This document shows, one piece after another, positions 8,853 to 18,756 of a stretch of 64,000 nucleotides of DNA (positions are counted from its first letter, which is position 1; every line of letters begins with the position of its first letter). The position numbers and the translations under genes were made by a program. Under the pieces are notes generated by a model. It was not told where the DNA came from, did not search any database, and saw nothing but the letters and a program-made list of their open reading frames with translations. The DNA is from Elusimicrobiota bacterium (GTDB lineage: Bacteria; Elusimicrobiota; Elusimicrobia; UBA1565): positions 1-64,000 of the forward strand of contig JBDRPD010000012.1 of assembly GCA_043827405.1 (NCBI GenBank), read 5' to 3'.

Positions 8853-9812
8853 ATGAAAAAAGGGACCCTCCTCGCCCTCGACGTCGGCGGAACTAAGATT
8901 TCCGGAGCGCTCGTCACCCGGCGCGGCCGCATCCTGGCGCGCGTCAAGGAACGCGTACCAAAAGGCGCCGGCCGCACGGCGTTGTTCGGCATCATGCGCG
9001 GCATCCTCAAGGGGCTGATCGCAAAAGCCCCGCGAGGCGCCAAGCCGCAAGCGATCGGCGCCGGCGTGCCGGGCATTGTCGACGCCGCCCGGGGCAGGAT
9101 TCTGATCGCGCCCAATATCGACCTTTCCGGCTTCCCGGTCGGGCCGCGGCTAAGCCGCGCCTTCGCGCTGCCGGCGGCGATAGGCAATGACGTAAACGTC
9201 GCCCTGCTCGGCGAGCAGTGGCTGGGCGCCGCCAAGGGCCGGCGCAACGTCATCGGACTCTTTCCCGGCACCGGCGTCGGGGGAGGAATTATCGTCAACG
9301 GCTCTTTGCTGACCGGCGCTCACGGCGCCGGCGCCGAACTGGGACACCTGGTGATGCTGCCCGGCGGACCGCGCTGCGGCTGCGGCAACCGGGGCTGCCT
9401 GGAGGCATTCGCCAGCCGGCGCGCCATCGAGCGCCGCATCCGCAAAGCGGTGAATGCGGGAGAGAAATCGGCGATCAAAAAGCTCAACAAGGGGACGCTC
9501 GACATTATCCGCAGCAAGGTGCTGAAAAAGGCGCTCAAGCGCAAGGACCGGGTGGCGACCCGAGCCGTCGGCGCCGCCGCGCTTGTTTTCGGCGACGCCT
9601 GCGTTTCCCTGCGCCACATCTTCGATCCCGAACTGTTCGTGTTCGGCGGCGGGCTGATCGAAGCCTGCGGCAAATTCATCCTGCCCATCGTCAGGAAGCG
9701 GCTGGACCGCGACCCCTTCTTCAAGTCCGTGGGCCGCTGCCCGGTGGTCCCCTCGGCGCTCGGCGACGACGCGGTAATCCTCGGCGCGGCGGCCTTGGCG
9801 AAAGAGCTGTAG
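8853..9812 (+). CDS. ROK family sugar kinase (glucokinase-like)
   Basis: LALDVGGTKI, GNDVN, GTGVGGG and ELGH...CGCGNRGCLE zinc motif. Confidence 0.92.
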   Translation: MKKGTLLALDVGGTKISGALVTRRGRILARVKERVPKGAGRTALFGIMRGILKGLIAKAPRGAKPQAIGAGVPGIVDAARGRILIAPNIDLSGFPVGPRLSRAFALPAAIGNDVNVALLGEQWLGAAKGRRNVIGLFPGTGVGGGIIVNGSLLTGAHGAGAELGHLVMLPGGPRCGCGNRGCLEAFASRRAIERRIRKAVNAGEKSAIKKLNKGTLDIIRSKVLKKALKRKDRVATRAVGAAALVFGDACVSLRHIFDPELFVFGGGLIEACGKFILPIVRKRLDRDPFFKSVGRCPVVPSALGDDAVILGAAALAKEL

Positions 9813-9817
9813 GAAGC

Positions 9818-11122
9818 TCAGCCTTTGAGCCAGGCGCAGAGCCGGTCGGCGGCGGCGACCGTCGGCCCGCAGCTGCGCTCAAGGAAGGATAAGGGGACCG
9901 GCTGGTCCTCGCGCAGCGACTCAACGCTCGCGATGGCCGCCCCGCCGTCAAAGTCGACATAGGCCAGGCGCAGCGTCAGCTCTTCGGGCGGGCGCCCAAA
10001 GTCGCTCCCCGGAAGGACGGCGACGCCGGTCTCCTCGAGGAGACGCGCGCACAGCTCGCGGCTCGTTCGGATACCGCGGCGCGCCAAAGGCTCCGCCAGC
10101 GGCGTGAGATCGGGGAACAAGTAAAACCCTCCCAGCGGCCTGACGACCTCGGCTCCGGCATCCTTGAGCCGATCCGCGATATGATTGCCGAGCGCCTTAA
10201 GCACCCTGCGGCAGCTGCCCAAATAACGCTCCAGCTCGGGGTCATCCGCGAAAGCGCGCACGGCGGCGAACTGGATGGGCGCGCTGGTCGAGGTATAGGT
10301 CTCGCTGGCGACGACGGCCATGGCGTCGAGCAGCCAGCGCAGGTTCGCCGGGAAAATAAAGAAGCCCAGACGCCAGCCGCCGGCGCCGCACCATTTGCTC
10401 AAGCCGCCGCTGAATATGGTCCCTTCCGGATACAGCGGCGCGATCGAACGGTGGTTGGCGAAAAAGTTCAGCTTGCCGTAAATCTCGTCGGACAACAGCA
10501 GCACATTATGCTCGCGGGCCGCCTCGGCGATAGCCTCCAGCTCGCCCGGGCCGTAGGTGCCGCCGCCGGGATTGGCCGGATAGTTGAGAATCAGCAGCCG
10601 GGGGCGTCCGGGATCTTCGGCGCACAAGGCCCGCAGATCGTCGGGCATGATCTTCCAGTTGTCCTCGCGCCGGGTCGGCAGCTTATGCGCCCGGCGTCCG
10701 ATAATGTTCGCCTGCGGCTCATAAGAGACCCATGAGGGCGTCGGCAGGACGAGGTCGCCGTTGTAGGCGAGCTGAAGGATGAACATCAGCTCCTTGGAGC
10801 CCGGTCCGATGATGACGTCCTCGGCGGTGCAGTCGATGCCGTAGACGCGGCGGTGATGCTCGGCAATTGCCGCGCGTAAACTGGGCAGGCCTTTGACCGG
10901 CAGGTAGTCCTTTTGAAAAGCGTTCTTCTTGAGCTCGTCAACGACGCTGGCGGGAACCGGAAAGGGCGACTGGCCAAGGCCCAGCATGAAGACTTCGCGT
11001 CCGGCGGCGCGCAGGTCGCGGCAGCGCTGCTGAATCGCGATGGTCGCTGAAGTTTTGGCCCCGCGCACGCGCGGGTTCAGGCTGCTCGGAAGAAACTGCG
11101 CGCGCGGCTTCGCCGCCGTCAT
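9818..11122 (-). CDS. PLP-dependent aminotransferase class I/II (aspartate aminotransferase-like)
   Basis: YPANPGG, SDEIY and GLSKWCGAGGWRLG PLP-lysine motif. Confidence 0.9.
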   Translation of the reverse strand: MTAAKPRAQFLPSSLNPRVRGAKTSATIAIQQRCRDLRAAGREVFMLGLGQSPFPVPASVVDELKKNAFQKDYLPVKGLPSLRAAIAEHHRRVYGIDCTAEDVIIGPGSKELMFILQLAYNGDLVLPTPSWVSYEPQANIIGRRAHKLPTRREDNWKIMPDDLRALCAEDPGRPRLLILNYPANPGGGTYGPGELEAIAEAAREHNVLLLSDEIYGKLNFFANHRSIAPLYPEGTIFSGGLSKWCGAGGWRLGFFIFPANLRWLLDAMAVVASETYTSTSAPIQFAAVRAFADDPELERYLGSCRRVLKALGNHIADRLKDAGAEVVRPLGGFYLFPDLTPLAEPLARRGIRTSRELCARLLEETGVAVLPGSDFGRPPEELTLRLAYVDFDGGAAIASVESLREDQPVPLSFLERSCGPTVAAADRLCAWLKG

Positions 11123-11766
11123 CTCAGCGCCTGCAGGAAAGGCTCGCGCAGCCTCTTGAGAAAGGTCGCGCGATGCAGGCCTGCTACCGGCCCGAGGCGC
11201 TCGAGCGCGGCGTAATGCGCGGCCGTGCCGTAGCCCTTATGCCGCGCCAGCTCGTAGCCGGGATGGCGTTTATCCAGGACTCCCATCCAGCGGTCGCGGA
11301 CGACCTTGGCGACGATGCTGGCGGAAGCGATGCACAGCGAGTACTTGTCGCCGGCGACCACCGCTTCCTGCCGCCCTTCCCATCCGGGGACGGCGCGGTT
11401 GCCGTCGACGAGAACGAGGAGGCCTCCGCGGGTCTGCCGGCAGCGTCTTAGCGCCCGCCGCATCGCCGCGAGGCTGGCCTGCAGGATATTGATGCGGTCG
11501 ACCTCATCGGGCAGCGCCCAGCCGACACCGACGGCGACGGCCGTCTGCCGGATTAGAGGGAAGAGCCGTTCACGTTTTACGGGAGAGAGCTTCTTCGAGT
11601 CGCGTACTTCAGAGAGTTCCGGCAGCGGACGCGCGGGGAGCAGAACCGCGGCGGCGACCACGGGACCGGCCAGCGGTCCCCGACCGGCCTCATCGACGCC
11701 AATCAGCCCGCCGCACCCTCGCCGGGCCCGGTAGGCGGCATCGAACTTCTCGAGCGTATTGGTCAG
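11119..11766 (-). CDS. rnhB: Ribonuclease HII (start probably non-canonical)
   Basis: GVDEAGRGPLAGPV lies in frame upstream of the tracked GTG. Also DSKKL, LVDGN, IASASIVAKV and HKGYGT. Confidence 0.92.
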   Translation of the reverse strand: MTNTLEKFDAAYRARRGCGGLIGVDEAGRGPLAGPVVAAAVLLPARPLPELSEVRDSKKLSPVKRERLFPLIRQTAVAVGVGWALPDEVDRINILQASLAAMRRALRRCRQTRGGLLVLVDGNRAVPGWEGRQEAVVAGDKYSLCIASASIVAKVVRDRWMGVLDKRHPGYELARHKGYGTAAHYAALERLGPVAGLHRATFLKRLREPFLQALR

Positions 11767-11768
11767 TG

Positions 11769-12224
11769 CTATGCTGCGGCGGCTTCAACCTTGGAAGCGC
11801 TGTCGTCTGCGGAGGGGGAAGCGGGCGTCTCCGCGGCGACGGGAATCATCTCTTCCTGCGGCTTTCCGGTCTCGGGGACATTGATCTTGACCTGCGTGCG
11901 CTCCCGGATGCGGGCGGCCTTGCCCTTGAGCTCGCGCAGATAATACAGCTTGGCGCGGCGTGCTTTGCCCGCTTTTATGATCTCGATCTTTTGAATGCGC
12001 GGGGACTGCAGAGGCAGGATGCGCTCGACGCCCACACCAAATGAAATCTTGCGGACGGTGAAGGATTCGGAAACACCCATGCCGCGGCGGCGGATGCATA
12101 CGCCCTCGAACGCCTGAATGCGCTCGCTGTCGCCTTCAACGACCTTGATGTGGACGCGGACGGTATCGCCCGGCCTGAAATTGGGGATTTTGCTCTCTGC
12201 CTTATTATCTATTTTAACTGCCAT
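11769..12224 (-). CDS. rplS: 50S ribosomal protein L19 with acidic C-terminal extension
   Basis: [23 protein letters not shown] and RRAKLYYLR. Confidence 0.97.
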   Translation of the reverse strand: MAVKIDNKAESKIPNFRPGDTVRVHIKVVEGDSERIQAFEGVCIRRRGMGVSESFTVRKISFGVGVERILPLQSPRIQKIEIIKAGKARRAKLYYLRELKGKAARIRERTQVKINVPETGKPQEEMIPVAAETPASPSADDSASKVEAAAA

Positions 12225-12256
12225 AACTCACTCCCAAAATATATCGTAGACAGCAA

Positions 12257-12955
12257 TTATACCTTATTTTTCAGCCGTTCCGGACGCTTGCGGCGGGTCG
12301 CCCGCCGTGCGGCGGCACGGCGCCAAGCCGCGATCTTGGCATGATCACCCCCGAGCAGCACCTCCGGGGCTTTCCTGCCGCGCCACACGCGGGGACGCGT
12401 ATATTGCGGGTAGTCCAGGAGCTCGCTGGAAAAGCTCTCCTCCGCCGCCGCGTCCTCTCTGGCCAATGCGCCGGGGAGCAGCCTTGCCACCGCGTCCACC
12501 AGGACCATCGCCGGGAGCTCGCCGCCCGTCAAAACATAATCACCTATCGAGAGCTCCTCGTCCACGAAATCGAGCAGGCGCTCATCGAAGCCCTCGTAGT
12601 GCCCGCAGAGGAGAACCAGGTGCTTTTCGCCGGACAACCGGCGCGCGTCCGCCTGCTCGAAGCGGCGTCCCTGAGGCGAGAGCAGGATGACCTTGGCGCC
12701 CGGACGGCGCACCTTCCGCAGCGCGCGGTACAAGGGCTCCGCCATAAGCACCATTCCCGGGCCGCCGCCGAAAGGCCGGTCGTCGACGGTCTTGTGCCGG
12801 TCCGTCGCGAACTCGCGGGGGTTGGTGAACGCCAGCTCGAACAGCCCCTTATCGAGTGCGCGCCGGACGATGCTCAAGGACATCGGCCCGACGAACATCT
12901 CGGGAAAGAGCGTTACCACGTCTATCCGCAGTCGAGCCCCGCGCTTGCCGGCCAC
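12257..12955 (-). CDS. trmD: tRNA (guanine37-N1)-methyltransferase
   Basis: TLFPEMF, VDDRPFGGGPGM, CGHYEG and SIGDYVLTGGE. Confidence 0.97.
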   Translation of the reverse strand: MAGKRGARLRIDVVTLFPEMFVGPMSLSIVRRALDKGLFELAFTNPREFATDRHKTVDDRPFGGGPGMVLMAEPLYRALRKVRRPGAKVILLSPQGRRFEQADARRLSGEKHLVLLCGHYEGFDERLLDFVDEELSIGDYVLTGGELPAMVLVDAVARLLPGALAREDAAAEESFSSELLDYPQYTRPRVWRGRKAPEVLLGGDHAKIAAWRRAAARRATRRKRPERLKNKV

Positions 12956-12961
12956 GGCTTT

Positions 12962-13189
12962 TTAATCCAGATCCAGCAGCACCTTCCGGCGCGTTTTGGC
13001 TCCGGCGATACCGACGACGGAACGGATTGCCTTGATCACCTTGCCCTGCTTGCCGATGATCTTGCCCTTGTCTTCGTCGGCAACCGCGAGACTGATGCGG
13101 GTCAAGTCGCCGTCCTCGGTCGCTTGCGCCTCGACCTTATCGGGCTCATTAACCAGGCTCTTCGCCAGGTAAAGCGCCAACTCCCTCAT
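12962..13189 (-). CDS. khpA: KH-domain RNA-binding protein
   Basis: 75 aa with GKIIGKQG GxxG motif, immediately downstream of rpsP. Confidence 0.9.
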   Translation of the reverse strand: MRELALYLAKSLVNEPDKVEAQATEDGDLTRISLAVADEDKGKIIGKQGKVIKAIRSVVGIAGAKTRRKVLLDLD

Positions 13190-13581
13190 GCCTTCTCAGC
13201 GTCCGCCGCTTCTTCCTTCTTTTCCGGAGCCTTCTCAGCCTCCGCCGCTTCTTCCTTCTTTTCTGGAGTCTTCGCGGCCGCCTTTTCCTTGGCGATCAGC
13301 TTGCGCGACTTCTTGACCTTCTTGCGGCCTTCCTTGCCGCAGGCGATCGACTTCAGAAGCGCCGCCAGCGTCTCAGACGGCTTCGCGCCGGATTTGATCC
13401 AATGATCGTAGCGCTCCTGGTTGATTGTAACCTTGTCTTTGAGCTTCACGGCCCGGGGGTCGTAAGAGCCGAGAACCTCCAACGGCTTGCCCTGCGCGGC
13501 CTGCCGCCGGTCGATCGCGACCACCCGATAATACGGCATCTTATGCTTGCCGATCCGTTTAAGCCTGATTGCGACTGCCAT
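13186..13581 (-). CDS. rpsP: 30S ribosomal protein S16 with K/E/A-rich tail
   Basis: MAVAIRLKRIG, PYYRVV, LGSYDP and GAKPSET. The tail contains a duplicated PEKKEEAAxAEKA unit. Confidence 0.96.
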   Translation of the reverse strand: MAVAIRLKRIGKHKMPYYRVVAIDRRQAAQGKPLEVLGSYDPRAVKLKDKVTINQERYDHWIKSGAKPSETLAALLKSIACGKEGRKKVKKSRKLIAKEKAAAKTPEKKEEAAEAEKAPEKKEEAADAEKA

Positions 13582-13593
13582 ATGCGTCCTCCT

Positions 13594-14292
13594 CTAACTT
13601 CGTTTAAAAGCCTGCTGCGCCGCGCGGCGCAGATTTTTCAGCGCCGTCACGGGATTGCTCGCCTTGAAAACCGCGCTGCCCGCGACCAGCGAATCGGCGC
13701 CGGCCGCCGCCGCCGGCGCGACCGAGCTCTGATTGATGCCTCCGTCCACCTGGAGCCACACCTTGCGCCCCTTGCGGTCGATCGCCCGGCGAATCTTGCG
13801 AATCTTGGGCAGCATCTCCGTCATAAATCCTTGTCCGCCGAATCCGGGGGCGACGGTCATAACCAGCGCCAGATCGATGTCGTCGATATAAGGCAGCAGC
13901 GCCTCGGCCGGCGTCTTGGGCTTGATCGCGAGCCCCGCGCCGACACCCATCCGGCGCAGGCGGCGCAGCAGCGGCCGGGGACTGCGGCAGGCTTCGAGAT
14001 GGATGGTGACCCAGTCCGCACCGGCGCGCGCGAAAACCGGACCCATATCCCGCGGATTATCGACCATCAGATGCGCGTCGAGATAAACCCCGCGCCCCTT
14101 GCGGCGCAAGGCCCGGACAACATCCGGCCCGAAACTCAAATTGGGGACGAAATGCCCATCCATGACATCGACCGAAGCCCACCGGGCGCCGGCGGCGAGC
14201 AGCGGCTTGAGCGCGCGGCGCAGATCGGCGAAATCGGCGGCCAGCAGCGAGGGCACGATCTCAATACCGCCGTTGGGAGCGGGCCGCTTCAT
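13594..14292 (-). CDS. rpe: Ribulose-phosphate 3-epimerase
   Basis: PSLLAADF, DVMDGHFVPN, DAHLMV, PGFGGQ and QVDGGIN. ATG at 14292 overlaps the upstream stop. Confidence 0.95.
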   Translation of the reverse strand: MKRPAPNGGIEIVPSLLAADFADLRRALKPLLAAGARWASVDVMDGHFVPNLSFGPDVVRALRRKGRGVYLDAHLMVDNPRDMGPVFARAGADWVTIHLEACRSPRPLLRRLRRMGVGAGLAIKPKTPAEALLPYIDDIDLALVMTVAPGFGGQGFMTEMLPKIRKIRRAIDRKGRKVWLQVDGGINQSSVAPAAAAGADSLVAGSAVFKASNPVTALKNLRRAAQQAFKRS

Positions 14293-15257
14293 CACAGGTC
14301 CCGCTCCTCCACGAGGATATTGTTGAGGAAAATCTTGACGCGCGCGCGGCCCTCGGGCACCGACAGGTCGATCTTGCTGCCGGGCGACTTGATTCCGTTG
14401 AACAGCTCCCGCTCGCCGTGCTCGTCGACCAGCTTGATGCGCACCAGGCTCTCCGTGCTGCCCTGCGGAACCTGGTATTGGAACGCGACGGCGCCGGCCT
14501 TTTCCTTCGGTCCCCCGGGCTTGCCGCTGATCGTGACCATCAGGTGCGTGTCGTCGGAGACGATCGAATCCGCCGTCGGATCCTGCCCCAGGACCGTCCC
14601 ATAGGGGAACAGCGAGCTCTTGTCTTTTTCGATCGTCAGCTTGACGCCCTTCTCGGAGGTCCACTGCGACACCTCAACGACGTTCTTGCGCATAAAATCC
14701 GGCACCAGCCGGATATCGTCCGGGGGCTTGCCCGCCGAGACGACGACGTTGACCATCGAGTTCTGCTCCACGCTCGTTTCCGCTCGCGGGTCCTGCGAGA
14801 GCACCAGCCCCTTGTCCATGCGCAGAGAGTAGGACTCGGTCACTTCGCCGAGGGTCAGCTGGTTCTGCCGCAGCAGCATCTCGGCGTTGCGCATCGGCAG
14901 CCCCATAATGGCGGGGGCGAATACGGTGGCTCCGCCCTGGCTGACGACGACCCTTATCGCCTTCCCTTCCCGCACCTTGGTCCCCGCCGGGGGAAGCTGG
15001 CGCAGGATGGAGCCGATCGCCACCGTGTTATTGAATTCCGTTCCTTCTTTCATGATGGAGAGTTTCAGCGGCGCGATTAAATCCAGCGCGCCGGAGAGCG
15101 ATTTCCCCGTAAGATCGGGGGTCACCTGAATGCCGCGGGAGTGGACGATGCCTTCGAACCCCCACTGCAGCATGAAGATACCCAGGCCCAGAAGCACGCA
15201 GAGCGTGATCCCAATCTCCCAGATATAGAGCCTGCTTTTCTTAGCTGTCGTTGCCAC
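14292..15257 (-). CDS. Membrane-anchored PASTA-repeat protein without a kinase domain
   Basis: N-terminal TM helix and three PASTA-like repeats (PDLTGK..ILRQLPPAG; PAIMG..VLSQDPRAE; PDFM..VLGQDPTAD). Confidence 0.85.
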   Translation of the reverse strand: MATTAKKSRLYIWEIGITLCVLLGLGIFMLQWGFEGIVHSRGIQVTPDLTGKSLSGALDLIAPLKLSIMKEGTEFNNTVAIGSILRQLPPAGTKVREGKAIRVVVSQGGATVFAPAIMGLPMRNAEMLLRQNQLTLGEVTESYSLRMDKGLVLSQDPRAETSVEQNSMVNVVVSAGKPPDDIRLVPDFMRKNVVEVSQWTSEKGVKLTIEKDKSSLFPYGTVLGQDPTADSIVSDDTHLMVTISGKPGGPKEKAGAVAFQYQVPQGSTESLVRIKLVDEHGERELFNGIKSPGSKIDLSVPEGRARVKIFLNNILVEERDL

Positions 15258-15264
15258 AAATACC

Positions 15265-16215
15265 TTAGGCGGCCGCGCTCAGGAGATCGCCCTGCTGCAA
15301 ACGAATACCGTTTAGGAAATCTACTGCTTTTAGCGGCTTTTTTCCTTCTGGTTGGACTTCAGCGATCCAGCAGCGGCCGGCGGAGCATTGTATCAAAATA
15401 CCCTTCTCGTCGGCAACGCGGACTATGGTTCCGGGAACGCCGTCTCCGCCGTCCTCATCCGGCGTGGTCCGCAGCACCGTGAGGCGCAGCGGCGCGCTCC
15501 GGCCGGGCATGTTCAGCATAAGAAATGCCCGCGGCCCGCCGCGCAGCCCGCGGACCCGGTTGTGCATCTCCGGCGCGGAAAGGCCGAAGTCCAGACGCGC
15601 CTCCTTTTCGGTCAGCTTGGGCGCCAGCGTCACCGCATCCTCCTGCTTCTCGCGCCGGACCCGCCCGGCGGAGATATCGGCGAGCGCCGCGGCGAGTTCC
15701 CGGGCGCCCAGATCGATGAGCCGTTTAAACAGCGCCGGCGCGTCCTCGTCTGCGCCGACATCCAGCGCGGCGCGGCGCTGGACCGGCCCCGCGTCCATCT
15801 CTTTCACGATCCAGAACAGCGTTACGCCCGCCCGCTTGTCCCCGCGGATCAGCGTCCACTGGACCGGCGCCGCGCCCCGGTATTTCGGCAGCAGCGAGAA
15901 GTGCACATTCAGAAAGCCCAAGCGGGTCGAAGCGAGAAATTTCGGGCCGAAAAATCTGCCGTAAGCCACCACCACCGCGGCGTCCGCGCCGCAGGCCGCG
16001 ACCTCCTCGCGTATGGCGGACAGCTTCTCCGGCTGCAGCACCCGCAAGCCCAGCCGCTGGGCCGCCGCCTTGACCGGCGGGGGCTTAAGCCCAAGGCCGC
16101 GGCCGGCCGGTCGGTCGGGCTGGGTGACGACGAACGGCACCTCATGTCCGCCGCGCACGCAGGCTTCCAGGAAGGGCACGGCGACCGCCGGTGAACCAAA
16201 AAACAGCAGCTTCAC
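15265..16215 (-). CDS. fmt: Methionyl-tRNA formyltransferase
   Basis: GTG at 16215. VTQPDRPAGRG, VVAYG, NVHFSLLPKYRGAAP and MDAG. Confidence 0.96.
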   Translation of the reverse strand: MKLLFFGSPAVAVPFLEACVRGGHEVPFVVTQPDRPAGRGLGLKPPPVKAAAQRLGLRVLQPEKLSAIREEVAACGADAAVVVAYGRFFGPKFLASTRLGFLNVHFSLLPKYRGAAPVQWTLIRGDKRAGVTLFWIVKEMDAGPVQRRAALDVGADEDAPALFKRLIDLGARELAAALADISAGRVRREKQEDAVTLAPKLTEKEARLDFGLSAPEMHNRVRGLRGGPRAFLMLNMPGRSAPLRLTVLRTTPDEDGGDGVPGTIVRVADEKGILIQCSAGRCWIAEVQPEGKKPLKAVDFLNGIRLQQGDLLSAAA

Positions 16216-16219
16216 TATT

Positions 16220-16729
16220 CTAGTCCCAGTTCTTCTTAATGTCCTTAAGAATCGGAGCGATACGCAGGCGCTCCGTGAGGGGGAGATGGTTGATGAAGAG
16301 CTTGCCGTCGAGGTGATCCACCTCATGCTCGAAAGCGCGGGCCAGCAGCCCCGTACCGGTCCGCTCCCACGGCGCGCCGTGCTCGTCGAGCGCGCGCACC
16401 GTCACCTTGCGGTGGCGGCGGACCCTGGCGTAGAGCCCGGGAAGGGACAGGCAGCCCTCTTCCTCGACGATCTCACCTTCGCGCTTCACGATCACGGGAT
16501 TGATCAGCACCAGCGGGTCGGAATTGCCGTCCGGCTTGATATCGATAATGGCCAGCCGCAGCGACATGTCGATCTGCGGCGCCGCCAGCCCTACTCCTTT
16601 GACCCCGTACATCGTCTCCCACATATTCTTGAGGAGCGTCGGCAGATCGTCGCGCACCTGATCATAGACCACGGGCCTGGCCTTCCTCTTGAGCACGTCC
16701 TCGCCCTGCTTGGTAATCCTCAGCCTCAC
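16220..16729 (-). CDS. def: Peptide deformylase
   Basis: GVGLAAPQ, EGCLSLPG and HEVDHLDG. GTG at 16729 overlaps the upstream stop. Confidence 0.96.
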   Translation of the reverse strand: MRLRITKQGEDVLKRKARPVVYDQVRDDLPTLLKNMWETMYGVKGVGLAAPQIDMSLRLAIIDIKPDGNSDPLVLINPVIVKREGEIVEEEGCLSLPGLYARVRRHRKVTVRALDEHGAPWERTGTGLLARAFEHEVDHLDGKLFINHLPLTERLRIAPILKDIKKNWD

Positions 16730-18756
16730 ATCAGCTCCGCTTCCATGGACTTGCCTTCGGGCCACAGCACGCGTACGCGTACCGGCTGGTCGAACTTCTG
16801 CCCCAGCGCGCCCCAGGTCATCGCGATGCGCTCGATCTGAGTCTCCGCGCCGAGCCGGTAGGACCGGCCCAATACGACCTCCGACGCCCCCAGCGAATGC
16901 GCGGCCTGCGCCACGGCGTAGGCGGGGTCATCGGATACTACGAACATAGGCTTGACCGTCTTTCCGTACTTCTCGGCCAAAGTGATGACGTTGGTAAACA
17001 GCATCTCCTCCGCCGGACCCATGCCCATCTCCTGACCGTAGCTCCGCGGCGGCGCGGCTTTGGAATGCAGCACCACGACGTCCGTTTCTTCGGTGTCCGC
17101 ATCGTCGAGAACCTTCTCCAGCGGATAGAGGTTCGAAGGATTGCGCACGGCGACGAGGATGCGCCGCGGCTTATTAAGCTCCTTGGAGGCGTTGGCCAGC
17201 TCGCTCTCATGGCGCAGGTTCAGCTTCTCACGGGGCTCATCCTGAGCCTGACGCTTTTTCTCATTGAGCTTTTCGGAAAATTTGATCAGCAGATAGAACC
17301 CCAGCGAGAAGGCCCCGCCCCATATCGTGGCCAGCTTCTTGGTCACCAGGTTCAGGCTGCCGGCCATCAGCAGCACGGCGAGAACGGCGAAGAGGCCCAG
17401 GGGCAGCTCGATATCGCCCAGGCGCAGCGTCGGCGGCACACGCCAGCCTTCCTCTCCGCTGTCGTCGTCGCCGTTGGTCTGCCTGAAGCGCAGAACGGTG
17501 ACCGCCAGCGCCATAAAGACGAAGCTCCAGATGACTCCGAAAGCGTACGCCTCGCCCAGCACATAGACGTCGCCGCCGCAGAACAGGATGGTGATCACCT
17601 GCAGGATGACCAGCAGATTGATCATCCGGTGCGTCGTGCCGTAGCGCGGATGCAGTCCGCGGAACCAGTCCGCGAGCACCCCGTCCTCGGCGAGACGCGC
17701 CAGCACGCCGTTGGCGCCGACGATCGAGGTGTTCACCGCGCCGGCGAGGATCAGCACGCCCACGAGCACGATAAAGGCATGAAAAACCTGGCGCAGGATC
17801 AGCGGTCCGACCAATCCCTGGAGCGCGACCCCCGCGAGCAGGTTATCGATGTATTCGGCGCGCACCTCGCCCGGGATCAGCATCACGCCGAGAAACGCCG
17901 AGAAGGACGTCATGGTGGCGGCGAACAGGAAAATCACCACCGCCGCGCGCTTGAGGTTCTTGACTTTGGGGGCCTCCATCTCGCGGTAGACCTGAGCCAG
18001 CGTCTCGGCGCCCGTCATGCCGAGGAAGGAATGGCCGATAGCGATCATGACGCCGAGCCCCCCGACCGTCTTCACCCAATCGACATGCTCGAGCCAGCCG
18101 AGCCCATCCGGGGTGAAGACCGGCATCATCGGCGGCAGGACCACGTCGCGGACATAAAGCGAATAGCCGCCCCACAGGATCAGGAGCACGCCCATCACCG
18201 CGGTCAGCTTCATGATCTTGAGGGCCTTGTCCGATGATTCGCGGATGCCCTTGGTGTTCTGCCACCAGAAGTAGGCGGTCACGATGAGCGCGAAGACAAC
18301 CGAGAAGGATGCCGGATTCAGGCGCACAACCGCGCCGGAAGCGCCCAGCCAGGAGTTCAGCAGCCCGACGAGGTACTGGCCCGCCGCGACCGCGCTGATG
18401 GGGCCCGTCAGCACGAAGCCGAACATCAAGGTCGAGACCGAAATTTTCGCCAGCGAACCGCCCATCGCCTCCTTGACGACCCGGTAGACCCCGCCGCGCA
18501 CGAACTTGATGGACGCCTCGACGTACATCGCCAGCACGCAGCTGGAGAAGAGCATGACGGCCAGAATGAACCACGGCGCGGCCGGGCCAATCGCCTGCTC
18601 GACTATGCCGGCCACATAAAACATCGTTGAGGCCATATCGCACAGCACGATCGCCGCGGCGCGGGAGAAGGAGATGAAGGTCAGCATCGCCGTGGTCAAT
18701 ACCACGACTTCCGTAACCCGGCGGGAGGAGCGGCGCGGGACCGGATCGCTTGACAT
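16726..18756 (-). CDS. APC-family permease with C-terminal USP-like cytoplasmic domain
   Basis: About 12 TM segments, then RILVAVRNP...DVVVLH...ASEVVLGRS USP-like region. Confidence 0.82.
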   Translation of the reverse strand: MSSDPVPRRSSRRVTEVVVLTTAMLTFISFSRAAAIVLCDMASTMFYVAGIVEQAIGPAAPWFILAVMLFSSCVLAMYVEASIKFVRGGVYRVVKEAMGGSLAKISVSTLMFGFVLTGPISAVAAGQYLVGLLNSWLGASGAVVRLNPASFSVVFALIVTAYFWWQNTKGIRESSDKALKIMKLTAVMGVLLILWGGYSLYVRDVVLPPMMPVFTPDGLGWLEHVDWVKTVGGLGVMIAIGHSFLGMTGAETLAQVYREMEAPKVKNLKRAAVVIFLFAATMTSFSAFLGVMLIPGEVRAEYIDNLLAGVALQGLVGPLILRQVFHAFIVLVGVLILAGAVNTSIVGANGVLARLAEDGVLADWFRGLHPRYGTTHRMINLLVILQVITILFCGGDVYVLGEAYAFGVIWSFVFMALAVTVLRFRQTNGDDDSGEEGWRVPPTLRLGDIELPLGLFAVLAVLLMAGSLNLVTKKLATIWGGAFSLGFYLLIKFSEKLNEKKRQAQDEPREKLNLRHESELANASKELNKPRRILVAVRNPSNLYPLEKVLDDADTEETDVVVLHSKAAPPRSYGQEMGMGPAEEMLFTNVITLAEKYGKTVKPMFVVSDDPAYAVAQAAHSLGASEVVLGRSYRLGAETQIERIAMTWGALGQKFDQPVRVRVLWPEGKSMEAELM

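Noticed and set aside
13190..13267. 39-bp direct repeat in rpsP as a mobile-element scar
   Set aside because: It is an in-frame duplication within a low-complexity tail.
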